Part shown: piece by piece, positions 28,298-38,920 of the stretch | How positions within the stretch are numbered: the stretch's first letter is position 1 | Layout: each line of letters opens with the position of its first letter | Origin: Desulfomonilia bacterium | GTDB lineage: Bacteria; Desulfobacterota; Desulfomonilia; UBA1062 | Direction: 5' to 3' | NCBI GenBank assembly: GCA_050014195.1 | Contig: JBEKDT010000023.1 | Location: 1 to 46,687, forward strand | Length of the DNA stretch: 46,687 nucleotides | Translations under genes and position numbers: made by a program | Notes under the pieces: generated by a model | Told to the model about the DNA's origin: nothing | Databases searched by the model: none | What the model saw: the letters and a program-made list of their open reading frames with translations, nothing else

Positions 28298-28764
28298 CAC
28301 TGTCTGAACTCAAATCCCTCAACACTTGACTAGCGCAGATAGCAAGGTAATTCAGCTAACCTCATGCGGCGTGACTGATTCTGGCTGTTTAAAATACACT
28401 CCTGTGTAAAAGACAAGGTTTAATCGCATACCAATGGTTGAGTCGATATGATTGGGACTTATAACTCAAAAAAAGATGATTTTGAAAACAGATCTATGCA
28501 AATGACCTCTTTTTTCTGAAGACCCGGGTCATGGCACAGTATATACAGTTTCTCTAAGCTTATAAAACCGATGATTCTTTTGCGTAATCTATGGTTGACG
28601 ACCCGATATAGAAGGGCTTGTTTATTTAAGAAATCAAAGCTAACTCGAAAACCGTCGAACAAAAACTAAGCATGTTTAAATTATAACTCAGTTGGTGTAT
28701 TTATTGTTATATAGAAAAAAAGTCAGTATATTATTAATTAGCTGTGCAAATAAGGGGTTCGAGT

Positions 28765-29091
28765 ATGCCACACGGAAACATAAGGGGCCTTTCACAATTT
28801 TACGCTGACGGTCTTGAACGCATGGAAATTTGGATAAACAAACGCAATGCCGCCCCACTTCCATATCGAGACAATACTCGTATACCCATCATATTAAAGA
28901 TCGGCAACAAGCAGTATAAAGCAGGCCTCAGGAGTACTCCAAAACTGCCTTTTGTTTGGATTTCACCAGATCTTAGAGACGATCATGGTATTAAGATAAG
29001 CATTGCTCGTGTGATTAATGATAACGGTTTTGCAAAGAACCAGCGAATTTATCTTGAGGTTGACGGTTCTGTTGTAAGCATCCTTCGTTAG
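28765..29091 (+). CDS. Hypothetical protein (108 aa)
   Basis: Intact ORF in an AT-rich segment; beta-rich pattern; no recognised motif. Confidence 0.6.
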   Translation: MPHGNIRGLSQFYADGLERMEIWINKRNAAPLPYRDNTRIPIILKIGNKQYKAGLRSTPKLPFVWISPDLRDDHGIKISIARVINDNGFAKNQRIYLEVDGSVVSILR

Positions 29092-29154
29092 GCTTAATTT
29101 ATAGTAGCTCGATCTATAACAAGCTTTCCAGAACATTGGGGTGTGGAGGGATAT

Positions 29155-29763
29155 ATGACTTTTGTACCAGTTACAAATCAAAAAGAAATTACTTTTGCAT
29201 TTGAGACTATCTTGGATAACTGGAAAAAGACAGCGATCAGTTACAAAAAGTATATTGGATTTAAAGGAATACAGGAATCCCCAGAATTCAAAGTTCAAAA
29301 GATGATCTATTATCGTCCCCAAGAAAAAATATGGACTTATTGGGAACAAAATTTTCGTGAACAGAATAAACCACAACAACATTGCATTCTTGCTGGAATA
29401 TCTATTGATGAATCACAACTTTATATTCATTCCCAGTTTGTCTTTGCTGCCTCTGGGTATGACCGTAGACTAGGTGGGGTCTTCCTGCAAGACAATGATG
29501 GACATCAATATCTAGGCCATACAGGAAAAATCGGTGGAGGTGTTAAGGGTGTCAGTCGCAAACCATTCTTGGAGTATTGTAATCTTATTGGAGTTAAAAC
29601 AGGTTATACAGATGATGCGGTTTGTTTAGTTAATATCAAATGGCCTGATGGAGAATACACTGAAGGGTTCTATATAGCTAGAATCATATCTGACCAATTA
29701 CCCCAGAGGGTATATGAATTTACAAAACTTAGGCTTGATTTCAGACAACAAGCTATAAAATAA
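29155..29763 (+). CDS. Hypothetical protein (about 200 aa)
   Basis: Intact AT-rich ORF, SD GGAGG before ATG 29155; Gly-rich YLGHTGKIGGGVKGVSR. Confidence 0.65.
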   Translation: MTFVPVTNQKEITFAFETILDNWKKTAISYKKYIGFKGIQESPEFKVQKMIYYRPQEKIWTYWEQNFREQNKPQQHCILAGISIDESQLYIHSQFVFAASGYDRRLGGVFLQDNDGHQYLGHTGKIGGGVKGVSRKPFLEYCNLIGVKTGYTDDAVCLVNIKWPDGEYTEGFYIARIISDQLPQRVYEFTKLRLDFRQQAIK

Positions 29764-29972
29764 TACTGTATAAAAAAGGACATCTGATTTTTAGGAGAGT
29801 TGCGAGCTATGACGCTATAGATTTGTAAGGCAGTTCTAGAAGCCGTTGATTATAACTCATAACCATCGCATTGCTTATAGTGTATATTCCTTCGATAAAT
29901 CAGTGGTTAACATTGTAGGCACTCAACTGTTGATCTCTTAAAAAATCTATTATGTAAGGTAAGATGCAATGC

Positions 29973-30644
29973 TTAAATAAGTGTTGTAAGCTTATCTCTT
30001 AGTTGTAACAAATCTTTAAGAGCCTCAACCATCTCAATGAGTTTTTCTTTGCTCAGCGTATTGATGTCAACTTCATGGTCGATGACAGTTGTCTGCGTAA
30101 AGTCCAGCCCATAGTAATGCGCCTCGCCCTTTTTCCAGCCATAGAGAATCGGCTCATGCTTCCAGTTATAATCATTGCGAGATAGCACCGGGCAATTCTT
30201 CACCCATATAAGCGTCTGGCTGACATAGAACTTAGCCAGCTCCATGCCCAGCCGGAACTCTTTCGTATTGGAGTCAGCATGCGCCACATAGATGCAGCCG
30301 CAGTCCTTTATGTTCGTAGCCATAACCTGGAAGGCCTTAACGAGAAAGTCCTCAAGATCCTGGCCCCGCAGATCATTACCCTCAATGGCCCGATGCTCGA
30401 TACCGGCCCTTTCTTTATTCAGGTAATCGTTCTTCTCGGTATAACTCACGCCGTAAGGCGGGTCTGTCCAGATGCAATCGGCCTTATTACCAGCCATGAG
30501 AACCGCCATGTCGTCCATCTTGGTACTATCACCGCACATAAGTCTATGCTTGCCCAGGAGCCACACCATGCCCTTCACGGTGATAGGGGTTTCGGGGATC
30601 TCCGGTTCGTGTTTGTCGTCAACAATTTCTTTTTTTATAAACAT
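29973..30644 (-). pseudogene. Truncated phage-type N6-A/N4-C DNA methyltransferase
   Basis: WLLGKHRLMCGDST, motif IV WTDPPYGV, IWVKN, HEPILYGWK. Ends before HPTxKP and the SAM-binding FxGxG motif; the usual N-terminal ParB-like domain is absent. Confidence 0.8.
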
Positions 30645-30764
30645 ACCAGCACGTCAAGAAGTCGATTCCTGAAATAAGTGGCCCCAGCAGTACAAATTAT
30701 GAGTCAAAAAGACGAATATATCGGTATTATGAAGGCTGGGATATTACCTGTAGATCGAGGAATG

Positions 30765-30857
30765 TGGCGGAGAGAGAGGGATTCGAACCCTCGGTAGAGC
30801 TTTTGACCCTACATTCGCTTAGCAGGCGAACGCCTTCGTCCACTCGGCCATCTCTCC
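30765..30857 (-). tRNA. tRNA-Ser(GCT)
   Basis: GGAGAGATGGCCGAGTGG...TTCGC-CT-GCT-AA-GCGAA, long variable arm, GGTTCGAATCC, encoded CCA; 93 nt. Confidence 0.98.
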
Positions 30858-30910
30858 ACTGTACGGTGCATCCTTCAATAAACCACCTTCGTTCACACCG
30901 CGGTCGCAAC

Positions 30911-30941
30911 ATTCTAACAACACTTGGCAGGTAAGAGTCAA
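30911..30941 (-). promoter_or_regulatory. Putative sigma70 promoter for tRNA-Ser
   Basis: TTGACT...TGtTAGAAT (extended -10; the 19-nt spacer is long). Confidence 0.4.
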
Positions 30942-31125
30942 GTCCTGTGATGGTTTGATTATTAATACTTCGATAATAGAGTGGTGTGGGATAAAGCAAT
31001 TAAGCGGCCGGGTTGTCAAGCAAATGGGCTGTTTCTTGATAATCTTTGTTTATCACCTAAAAGCTTGACAGCTCGATTGCTTTGCTTCTTGCAATCCCGA
31101 TTTTTGTAACTTAGAACGGAAAACT

Positions 31126-31953
31126 ATGAATCATAAAACTGAAGAACGGATCTTATCGAGACGGAAAGATGACTTCTTTTCTATGGGCCTCTTATCCGCA
31201 CTCGTACTCTATATCATTCTCGCATCCGGATGCGCTTCATGGCAGGGTAAAGCGGAAAAGGAGATCCCCTGTAAGGTTGCGCCGGAAGGCATTGCGGGTC
31301 TGTATGGTGCCAAGCTCTCCGCATCAGACACCCCGGATAGAATGATCCGCTTGAAGCTCTCCCCCGACTTTCGCTCGGAATTACTCACCGATAACCTGGA
31401 TGAGAAACCGGCCATTATCGAAACCGGACAATGGGAATGCAAGGATGGCTTAAAGGTGACGGTTACACTTACCGGGAGGAAGGACCTTGCCTATGAGAAG
31501 CCTCACGTCTTCATCTTTACTTTTGATGCGGATATCCTCACTGCCGTTACGTACGACCGCGGTATCTGGGGAGATGAGGTTCCGCACCTGGCCCGGAATC
31601 CGGCTGCCGCCGGTACAGTCTGGCGGCTTGTGCAGATCCAGTATGCAAACAACACGGCTGTGGTCCCTGAAGACCCATTGAAATACGTCCTCATCCTGTC
31701 TCAGGACGGTACGGTGACGGTGCATGCGGACTGCAACCGGGGTATGGGGAGATATCTCTTGGCCGGCGCATCGCTTGCTATGCGCAAACTTGCTTATACC
31801 CATATGATCTGCCTGGAGAACTCTTTGTTCGACCAATACACCAAGGCCCTTGAGTCTGCTGAATCATGCATGGTTAAAGACGGCAATCTCTTCATCATGC
31901 TTCATAAGGACAGTGGTGTCATGAAGTTCGAGCCGGCAGATTTGGGTCAGTGA
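31126..31953 (+). CDS. Lipoprotein with NlpE-N-like and META (HslJ) domains
   Basis: Lipobox LASGC; GLYGAKL...IIETGQW (NlpE-N-like); GTVWRLV...ADCNRGMGRY...THMIC (META). Start may be 31183. Confidence 0.75.
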   Translation: MNHKTEERILSRRKDDFFSMGLLSALVLYIILASGCASWQGKAEKEIPCKVAPEGIAGLYGAKLSASDTPDRMIRLKLSPDFRSELLTDNLDEKPAIIETGQWECKDGLKVTVTLTGRKDLAYEKPHVFIFTFDADILTAVTYDRGIWGDEVPHLARNPAAAGTVWRLVQIQYANNTAVVPEDPLKYVLILSQDGTVTVHADCNRGMGRYLLAGASLAMRKLAYTHMICLENSLFDQYTKALESAESCMVKDGNLFIMLHKDSGVMKFEPADLGQ

Positions 31954-31995
31954 AAATCACTTAACTAAAAAAAGCCGCTCCAACAATCCTTTTAT

Positions 31996-32544
31996 GGTTC
32001 ATCACAGTAAAGCATACTCGGATCATTGAGGAGCACACAGAGGGATATCTCACCACGAAGAGTACGAAGGACACGAAGGATGAAATTTTTTTGAACTCTC
32101 GACCCGGGTCATTGGCTGTGCCATTGAGGTAAATCGTATTCTTGGCCCTCTCGTTGTTGGAATCGACATACGAGCAATGCCTGGCACATGAGCTCCATCG
32201 GGCTGGGATAGCTTTCAAACTGCAACATCCATTGCCTGTGGAGTACAAGGGAACAAGACTGGACTGCGGCTAAAAGAGTTGATGTGCTGGTAAATGACGA
32301 GCTGATCTTAGAACTGAAGAGTGTCGAGGAGGTCAAGGGCATCCACGAAGCCCAGTTGCTTACGTATATGAAGTTGGCAGGTGTTAAGACAGGCCTGCTG
32401 ATCAACTTCAATGTGAAGGTGCTTCGGACGGGCGTTAAGCGTTTTGTCCTATGATCTACTTCGTGCTCTTCGTGTCCTTCGTGGTGAGAACAATGGGCTG
32501 GGAGAAGATGCAAACCATAAAAGTATGCTTCACAGAGAAGAACC
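31996..32544. mobile_element. MITE copy 2 carrying a GxxExxY pseudogene
   Basis: TIRs GGTTCATCACAGTAAAGCATACT / AGTATGCTTCACAGAGAAGAACC; flanks cCTTTTAT (31988-31995) and aCTTTTAT (32545-32552); inner inverted arrays at 32052-32077 and 32460-32485. Confidence 0.85.
32080..32454 (+). pseudogene. GxxExxY protein (PD-(D/E)XK nuclease family), three frameshifts
   Basis: Reconstructed [120 protein letters not shown]-stop. Confidence 0.92.
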
Positions 32545-32599
32545 ACTTTTATATAATATCTTTCCTTGAACGCATCTTGCGCGTCTGGAGGCTTAACGG

Positions 32600-33367
32600 C
32601 TACTTCCCGTTCAGGAGCCCCTGTATCGTATCATGAGCAGTCATTGCCGGGTCTTGAGCATTCATGATCTTGCCCATCAGATAACTGCCTACAATAACCC
32701 CATCGGCAAAGGTAAGCAGTTCATTTACCTGGGCTGCACTCGACACCCCGAACCCGACACAGACCGGCAGATCGGTCATCTCCTTGATGGCCAGTACCTG
32801 GGAGCACACATCTGAAGGCATGTCATTCCTCATGCCCGTTACCCCCTTGATGGATACTGCATACACAAAACCGCTGCACTGTGAAATAACCTCCTTCATC
32901 CTTTCAGGGACAGTGGTAGGCGCTACCATGCGGATGAGGTCGATCCCGATCTCTCTGCAGTCGGCGTAGATCGTATCCGCATCACGGGGCAGGTCCGGGA
33001 TGATGGTACCCTTCACGCCGTTGTCCTTAAGACTTATAAGTGTCTGCCTGAGCCCATTGCGCATCAAAGGATTGATGTAGGACATGACGATGAGCGGTAT
33101 GTCCAGCATAGTGCTCCACCCCTTGAGGCAATCCTGAAGCTCGCCCATTTTAAAGCCCGCCTGCAAAGCCATGAAAGAGGCCTTCTGCAGCACAGGCCCG
33201 TCCGCCATCGGGTCGGAGAAGGGTATGCCGATTTCTATGGCGGCAGCACCTGCATCCTGAAGGGCCAGGAGGATCTTGCCCGTAGTATCCAGGTTCGGCA
33301 GGCCTGCCGTGATATAAGGAATAATCGCCTTTTTATGATCTCTTATCGATTGGGCTATCATGGTCAA
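32600..33367 (-). CDS. trpA: Tryptophan synthase alpha chain
   Basis: [40 protein letters not shown]. Confidence 0.96.
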   Translation of the reverse strand: MTMIAQSIRDHKKAIIPYITAGLPNLDTTGKILLALQDAGAAAIEIGIPFSDPMADGPVLQKASFMALQAGFKMGELQDCLKGWSTMLDIPLIVMSYINPLMRNGLRQTLISLKDNGVKGTIIPDLPRDADTIYADCREIGIDLIRMVAPTTVPERMKEVISQCSGFVYAVSIKGVTGMRNDMPSDVCSQVLAIKEMTDLPVCVGFGVSSAAQVNELLTFADGVIVGSYLMGKIMNAQDPAMTAHDTIQGLLNGK

Positions 33368-34512
33368 CTCCCTATCACCGTGTGGATGTCCTTGTCTCCC
33401 CTGCCTGAGAGGTTCACCAGGACCTTCCTGCCTTCATGGTCCTTAGCGTACTCGGCGAGATACCCGATGGCATGGGCGCTCTCCAAAGCAGGGGCGATCC
33501 CCTCCAGCCTGTTCAACAGCTTGAAGGCTTCAAGAGTCTGCTCATCATTGACCAGGGCATAGCGAGCCTTTTTCGTGGCTGCAAGAAAGCTGTGCTCAGG
33601 CCCTACGCCCGGGTAATCAAGCCCGGCTGCGATGGAATGGGTTTCCATGACCTGGCCGTCCTTGTCCTGAAGCAGGAAAGACCGCGTGCCGTGGAGCACG
33701 CCGGGTGTCCCGAAGTTGATGCTGGCGCCGTGGTGCCCGTTGCCCTGTCCGTAGGCCTCCACCCCGATCAATTCCACCTTGCCCTCATCGAGAAAGGCAC
33801 TGAATATCCCGATCGCATTGCTGCCGCCGCCCACGCACGCCACTACGGCATCAGGCAGTGATCCGCTTAGTGAAATGATCTGCTGCCTTGCCTCACGGCC
33901 GATGATTTCCTGGAATGCCCGCACCAGACTCGGGTAGGGGTGCGGCCCGATCACGGACCCGATGAGGTAGTAGGTAGTATCGACATTTGTAATCCAGTCC
34001 CTGATGGCCTCGCTGGTGGCATCCTTCAAGGTGGCGCTGCCGCCTTCCACCGGGACCACCTCGGCCCCTAAAAGCCTCATGCGCTCCACATTCACCTGCT
34101 GCCTGGCCATGTCGGTGATGCCCATATATACGTGGCATTCCATACCGAAGAGCGCACACACCGTGGCTGTTGCCACGCCATGCTGGCCCGCCCCGGTCTC
34201 GGCGATGATGCGGTTCTTTCCCATCCGCCTGGCGAGCAGTATCTGGCCGATGGCATTGTTGATCTTGTGGGAACCCGTATGGTTCAGGTCTTCCCGTTTG
34301 AGCCATACATCGAGCCCGAGATGCTCCGAGAGCCTTTTCGCATGGGTGAGCGGGGTGGGCCTGCCTACATAGTGCACCATGTAGGAGTTGAACTCATCCC
34401 AGAAGGCTGTCTCATCAAAGGCCTTTCCCATGGCGGCATCGAGTTCCTCAAGTGCGCTCAGCAACGTCTCCGGGACATACTGACCTCCGAATTCTCCGAA
34501 GTATCCTTTCAT
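33364..34512 (-). CDS. trpB: Tryptophan synthase beta chain
   Basis: [58 protein letters not shown]. Confidence 0.97.
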   Translation of the reverse strand: MKGYFGEFGGQYVPETLLSALEELDAAMGKAFDETAFWDEFNSYMVHYVGRPTPLTHAKRLSEHLGLDVWLKREDLNHTGSHKINNAIGQILLARRMGKNRIIAETGAGQHGVATATVCALFGMECHVYMGITDMARQQVNVERMRLLGAEVVPVEGGSATLKDATSEAIRDWITNVDTTYYLIGSVIGPHPYPSLVRAFQEIIGREARQQIISLSGSLPDAVVACVGGGSNAIGIFSAFLDEGKVELIGVEAYGQGNGHHGASINFGTPGVLHGTRSFLLQDKDGQVMETHSIAAGLDYPGVGPEHSFLAATKKARYALVNDEQTLEAFKLLNRLEGIAPALESAHAIGYLAEYAKDHEGRKVLVNLSGRGDKDIHTVIGS

Positions 34513-35069
34513 GACTTGGCCTCCCTGATGAATTGTGCCGTTTTGAACGGGTCCTTGATGCCGGGCTGAAGTTCCACCCCGGATGAAACATCCACACCTG
34601 CAGGCCGTGCGAGCTTGACCGCCTCGCGGACATTGTCCGGATTGAGCCCGCCTGCAAGAATGTAAGGGAAATCCCGCTCCTCCCACACCCCCCGGGAGCC
34701 CCGGCCCCTGCTTGCATCGATGAGGATACGACAGGGAAATACCGGCAGCGTGCCGGGCCTGTAATCATCCATGGCATAGATGATGTCATAGACCGGGACC
34801 AGGCGTTCGTGATCCCTCGATGGCGCGGCATGAAGCTGAATCGTGTCGATCCCGAGGTCTTCACAGCTCTCAAGGATCTCATCCACACTTTCATCCATGA
34901 ATACCGCCACCTTTTCCACAACAGTTATTTCTCGAATCCACTGCGATAGGGTATCACGCCTAACGTTGCGTGGACTCTTCGTGAATATGAACCCCAGGGC
35001 ATCCGCACCCAGCCGTGCCGCCATCATGGCATCCTCACGCCTGGTTATGCCGCAGATCTTGACCCACAT
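34509..35069 (-). CDS. trpF: Phosphoribosylanthranilate isomerase
   Basis: [30 protein letters not shown]. Confidence 0.95.
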   Translation of the reverse strand: MWVKICGITRREDAMMAARLGADALGFIFTKSPRNVRRDTLSQWIREITVVEKVAVFMDESVDEILESCEDLGIDTIQLHAAPSRDHERLVPVYDIIYAMDDYRPGTLPVFPCRILIDASRGRGSRGVWEERDFPYILAGGLNPDNVREAVKLARPAGVDVSSGVELQPGIKDPFKTAQFIREAKS

Positions 35070-35793
35070 GGAAGATCTCCTCCCGTAATGCCTCATTGGC
35101 TAATGCCCTGCCGATGAGGGCTGCATCGTAACCCACCCTCTTCAATTCCATCAGCCTTCTGCCCGACGTGATCCCGCTCTCAGCCACCTTAATGACACCG
35201 TCGGGTATATGCACCGCCAGTTCCTCATGCCTCATAGGATCTACCTGCAGGGTTTTCAAATCCCGGGAATTAACCCCGATGATATCTGCACCCAGATTTA
35301 AGGCCTTTTCCAGACCGGAGAGACCATGGACTTCCACGAGACAGTCCATACTAAAGTCTTTGCCGCAGGCATACAATACCTTAAGCTCTTCTATACTCAA
35401 CATCTCGGTGATGAGCAGGAAGGCATCCGCACCCAAGGCCCGACCAGCCATTATCTGGCGCTCATCCACGATGAAGTCCTTCATCATAATGGGCAGAGAG
35501 CAGCCTGAGCGGATGGCGCTGATGTACTCGAGTGAGCCTGCAAAATATTCGGGCTCGGTCAGACATGAAATGGCCCGTGCACCGAGCCTCTCATACTCTT
35601 TTGCAATGGTTGCCGGATCATCGCTAACCCCGAGCATACCATCCTTGGGGGTGGCATACTTTACCTCGGCTATGACGGCCATATCTTTAAGTGCGGTCTT
35701 AAAAGGCCTCACGGGGAAGGGATATCCTGCAGGTGGTGCAAGCCCTTTTGCACGCCTGTGCGAGAGCCTGTACATCTTTTCCAGAAAATCCAT
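35035..35793 (-). CDS. trpC: Indole-3-glycerol phosphate synthase
   Basis: IAEVK, SCLTEPEYF, KDFI, LVEVH, GVNSRDL, AESGI. Confidence 0.94.
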   Translation of the reverse strand: MDFLEKMYRLSHRRAKGLAPPAGYPFPVRPFKTALKDMAVIAEVKYATPKDGMLGVSDDPATIAKEYERLGARAISCLTEPEYFAGSLEYISAIRSGCSLPIMMKDFIVDERQIMAGRALGADAFLLITEMLSIEELKVLYACGKDFSMDCLVEVHGLSGLEKALNLGADIIGVNSRDLKTLQVDPMRHEELAVHIPDGVIKVAESGITSGRRLMELKRVGYDAALIGRALANEALREEIFHVGQDLRHNQA

Positions 35794-35795
35794 AT

Positions 35796-36788
35796 CTATG
35801 CCCTGGCCCTCTCAAGGGCGGAAAGTGCCTGCCCGCTGCTGATCACCTTTCTCGCAAGGGCCATACCGTCCTTGATGCCGACGGCGCCATTCAGCGCCAT
35901 AAAGGCCGCGGCCGCGTTCATGAGCAGGCTGTTCAGACAGGCGCCCTCAAGCCTGCCTTCAAAGAGATCCCGGATCTTCCGGGCGGATTCCTGGGGAGAC
36001 GATACCTTTAATTCTTCAGTAGACATGGGGGCAAGCCCTGCAGCCTCGGGTGTGATCTCACCCTTGACGATCCGTCCATCGGCCAGCCTGGCATACCGTG
36101 TAGGCCCGGATATGGATACTTCATCGAGCCCGCTGTGCACTACCATGGCGCCCTTGAGTCCCATATTCCTGAGGGCCTCGATTATGGGGTCAATAAGCGA
36201 CGATGCATATACCCCGATAACCTGATTGGTCGCACCGGCAGGGTTTGCCAGCGGCCCCAGCGTATTGAAGATAGTGCGGATGCCGAGCTGCTTCCTGGCA
36301 GGCATGGCATGCTTCATGGAGGGGTGGTATGCCGGGGCGAACAAAAAGCAGAACCCATTGGCATCAAGGGCCTTTAAGGCCTCTTCCGGGCCCAGATTAA
36401 TTGGTACGCCCAAGGCCTCCAGGCAGTCGGCACTCCCCGAGGACGAGCTCACGGACCGGTTGCCATGCTTGGCCACCTTGTAACCGGCCCCGGCGATGAT
36501 GAAGGCTACCGCCGTAGAGATATTGAATGTAGAGGCCCCGTCTCCGCCTGTTCCGCACGTATCTACAACCGTGTCATACCCGGTTTTCACCTCCAGCGCC
36601 CTTTTCCGCATGACTCGCGCCGCCGTCTCTATCTCTTCGGGGGTCTCCCCTTTGATCCTCAGGGCGGTCAGGAACCCTCCTATCTGCACGTCATTGATCT
36701 GACCGGACATGATCCGGTCGAAGGCCTGCTCCATCTCTGCGGCGCTCAAGTGTTGTCCGGCAATCAATTTTTCAATTATACCCTTCAT
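35796..36788 (-). CDS. trpD: Anthranilate phosphoribosyltransferase
   Basis: DTCGTGGDG, FNIST, KHGNRSVSS, GSAD, RTIFNTLGPLANP. Confidence 0.96.
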   Translation of the reverse strand: MKGIIEKLIAGQHLSAAEMEQAFDRIMSGQINDVQIGGFLTALRIKGETPEEIETAARVMRKRALEVKTGYDTVVDTCGTGGDGASTFNISTAVAFIIAGAGYKVAKHGNRSVSSSSGSADCLEALGVPINLGPEEALKALDANGFCFLFAPAYHPSMKHAMPARKQLGIRTIFNTLGPLANPAGATNQVIGVYASSLIDPIIEALRNMGLKGAMVVHSGLDEVSISGPTRYARLADGRIVKGEITPEAAGLAPMSTEELKVSSPQESARKIRDLFEGRLEGACLNSLLMNAAAAFMALNGAVGIKDGMALARKVISSGQALSALERARA

Positions 36789-37366
36789 GACTGTCTCCTT
36801 GTCCGGGAAATGAAATGGTCAAGAATCTGCGTTCCAAAGTCGGTCGCAATGGATTCGGGGTGGAACTGAACACCAAAGATGGGCATCTTTTCATGACAGA
36901 TGGCCATGATCTCGCCGTCGTCATAGGCCCTGGCGCTTATCCGAAACCCCTGAGGCAGGCTTGACTCGTCCACTGCCAGCGAGTGATACCTGACAGCCGA
37001 AAAATTATCCGGGATCCCCTCAAACAACCCCGAGCCGTCATGGGAGATTTGAGAGAGCTTTCCATGCATAACCTTCTTGGCATTGACGATCCTGCCTCCG
37101 AAGGCCTGTGCAATGCACTGATGGCCGAGGCAGACACCAAGGATGGGAATAGTCCCGGCAAGGTTCTTGATCAGGTCCAGAGATATCCCCGCATCGTCAG
37201 GGGTGCCGGGCCCCGGCGAGATAATGATCGAGGAAGGATTAAGCCTTCTTACGCCATCAACGTCGATGGCATTGTTCCGCCTGACCACCACCTCGCAGCC
37301 TCTTGCGGCAACAGCCTGAACAAGGTTGTAGGTGAACGAATCAAAGTTATCGATCATGAGTATCAT
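36785..37366 (-). CDS. trpG: Anthranilate synthase component II
   Basis: IDNFDSFTYN, SPGPG, GVCLGHQ, RYHSL, QFHPES. Confidence 0.95.
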   Translation of the reverse strand: MILMIDNFDSFTYNLVQAVAARGCEVVVRRNNAIDVDGVRRLNPSSIIISPGPGTPDDAGISLDLIKNLAGTIPILGVCLGHQCIAQAFGGRIVNAKKVMHGKLSQISHDGSGLFEGIPDNFSAVRYHSLAVDESSLPQGFRISARAYDDGEIMAICHEKMPIFGVQFHPESIATDFGTQILDHFISRTRRQS

Positions 37367-38754
37367 GCTATACCCCCCAAGGCCTTCTGCAGGGCCTTCA
37401 ACTTGTTGTCGATTTCTTTGAGCTCCCGCTCCGGGACGGAATCCCACACTATGCCTGCGCCTGCCTGCACGTATGTCTTGTCTCCCCGGATGAAGATGGT
37501 TCGTATTGCGATGCCGGTATCCATGTTGCCGTTATATGAAATGTACCCCACAGCACCGGCATAGGGGCCCCGGCACCTGCCTTCCAGCTCGTCGATGATC
37601 TCCATGGCCCTCACCTTGGGGGCGCCCGAGACGGTTCCTGCGGGGAAGCATGCCTTGAGCACATCTACGGCATCCACATGTTTGAGCCTTGTGCCCTCAA
37701 CACACGAGACGATATGCATTACATGGGAATAGAGGCGCACCTTTTCCCGCTGCATTACCTTGACCGTGCCGGGGGTGCAGACCCTGCCTATGTCGTTACG
37801 GGCCAGATCCAGAAGCATGAGGTGTTCGGCGCGCTCCTTCTCGTCGTTTAACAGGTCCTGCATGAGATAGTCGTCTTCCGCTTCGCTTTTGCCCCTTGGC
37901 CTGGTACCGGCTATGGGGACCGTGGTGATAGTCTCGCCTTGGAGCCTCACCATTTCTTCAGGAGACGAACCGATGAGGGTCACATCTGCGATCCTGATAT
38001 AGAAGAGATAGGGAGAGGGATTGATGCGCCTGAGCCTGCGATAGATGTCGAACGAATCGCCATCGAGATCGAGCCTCAACCTCCGGGAAAGGACCACCTG
38101 CATGATATCGCCCTTGTGCAGGTAATCTTTAGCCTTAAGTACGGCATCAATAAACTCGCTATCCTTGAGGGAGACCTCCTGAACGCCGCGGATGCGCGGC
38201 ATCTCAGGCCTTTCATTGATACTGCCGGAATAGAGCTTGTCCTCAATCTCGGAGAAACCTTGACGGGCAAGCGAAACGGCCTCCTCGTCGGTGATCCCCG
38301 GCTGAGGGATGGCATGGAGGAGCTTGAGATCCTGTTTCAGGTGGTCAAAAACCAGGAGTGTCCTTACGCTGCCCAACAGTGCGTCAGGGAAACCCGACGG
38401 CTGATGTGGTCGAGGGAGCACCTCCACCCCTCTTACCATGTCATAGCCGATATAGCCCACATACCCGCCGATGAAGGGTGGAAGGCCGTTATGTTCAAAG
38501 GAAAGCGGGTGAGAAATCCTGGGAACCTTGGACCAGGGGTCTTTCTCTCCCTCCTGGACCACCACAACCCCGTCTTCATCGAAACGGCCGGCAAAGCTGT
38601 AGGCTACAGGAACCGATTCCAGCAGAAAGCCCTGGTCATCTCCCACCAGGGCCTTGTAGGCACCCACCGGGGTAACTGTGTCGCAGGCCATGCTCTGAAT
38701 CACCACGACCCCCTGGTCAGTAACGTCTCTGATAATCTTCAATTGATCCGGCAT
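37363..38754 (-). CDS. trpE: Anthranilate synthase component I
   Basis: LLES, QVVLS, NPSPY, PIAGTRPRG, EHLMLLDLARND, PAGTVSGAPK, QAGAGIV. Confidence 0.95.
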   Translation of the reverse strand: MPDQLKIIRDVTDQGVVVIQSMACDTVTPVGAYKALVGDDQGFLLESVPVAYSFAGRFDEDGVVVVQEGEKDPWSKVPRISHPLSFEHNGLPPFIGGYVGYIGYDMVRGVEVLPRPHQPSGFPDALLGSVRTLLVFDHLKQDLKLLHAIPQPGITDEEAVSLARQGFSEIEDKLYSGSINERPEMPRIRGVQEVSLKDSEFIDAVLKAKDYLHKGDIMQVVLSRRLRLDLDGDSFDIYRRLRRINPSPYLFYIRIADVTLIGSSPEEMVRLQGETITTVPIAGTRPRGKSEAEDDYLMQDLLNDEKERAEHLMLLDLARNDIGRVCTPGTVKVMQREKVRLYSHVMHIVSCVEGTRLKHVDAVDVLKACFPAGTVSGAPKVRAMEIIDELEGRCRGPYAGAVGYISYNGNMDTGIAIRTIFIRGDKTYVQAGAGIVWDSVPERELKEIDNKLKALQKALGGIA

Positions 38755-38771
38755 ATTTTTCTCCAACACAC

Positions 38772-38811
38772 AAAAAAAGCGGCAAGCTTTCATGGGAAGC
38801 TTGCCGCTTTT
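38772..38811 (-). terminator. trp attenuator terminator
   Basis: AAAAGCGGCAAGCTT-cccatga-AAGCTTGCCGCTTTTTTT, 17 nt upstream of the trpE ATG. Confidence 0.9.
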
Positions 38812-38834
38812 ACATGTGGCTTAAACCTTTAGCC

Positions 38835-38918
38835 CTAAGGCAAACCTCCCCGCACACCATTAACCATGGCGCGCCACCACCACCTGATTGTTTTTTGCAC
38901 AGGCATTATTCTCTTCAT
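38835..38918 (-). CDS. trpL: trp leader peptide MKRIMPVQKTIRWWWRAMVNGVRGGLP
   Basis: Three tandem TGG codons; antiterminator segment GGGAGGTTTGCC (38839-38850) can pair with terminator 5' arm GGCAAGCTTCCC (38794-38805). Confidence 0.88.
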   Translation of the reverse strand: MKRIMPVQKTIRWWWRAMVNGVRGGLP

Positions 38919-38920
38919 GG

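Noticed and set aside
28459-28662. 67-aa minus-strand ORF
   Set aside because: TTG start, no SD and no motif; AT-rich chance ORF.
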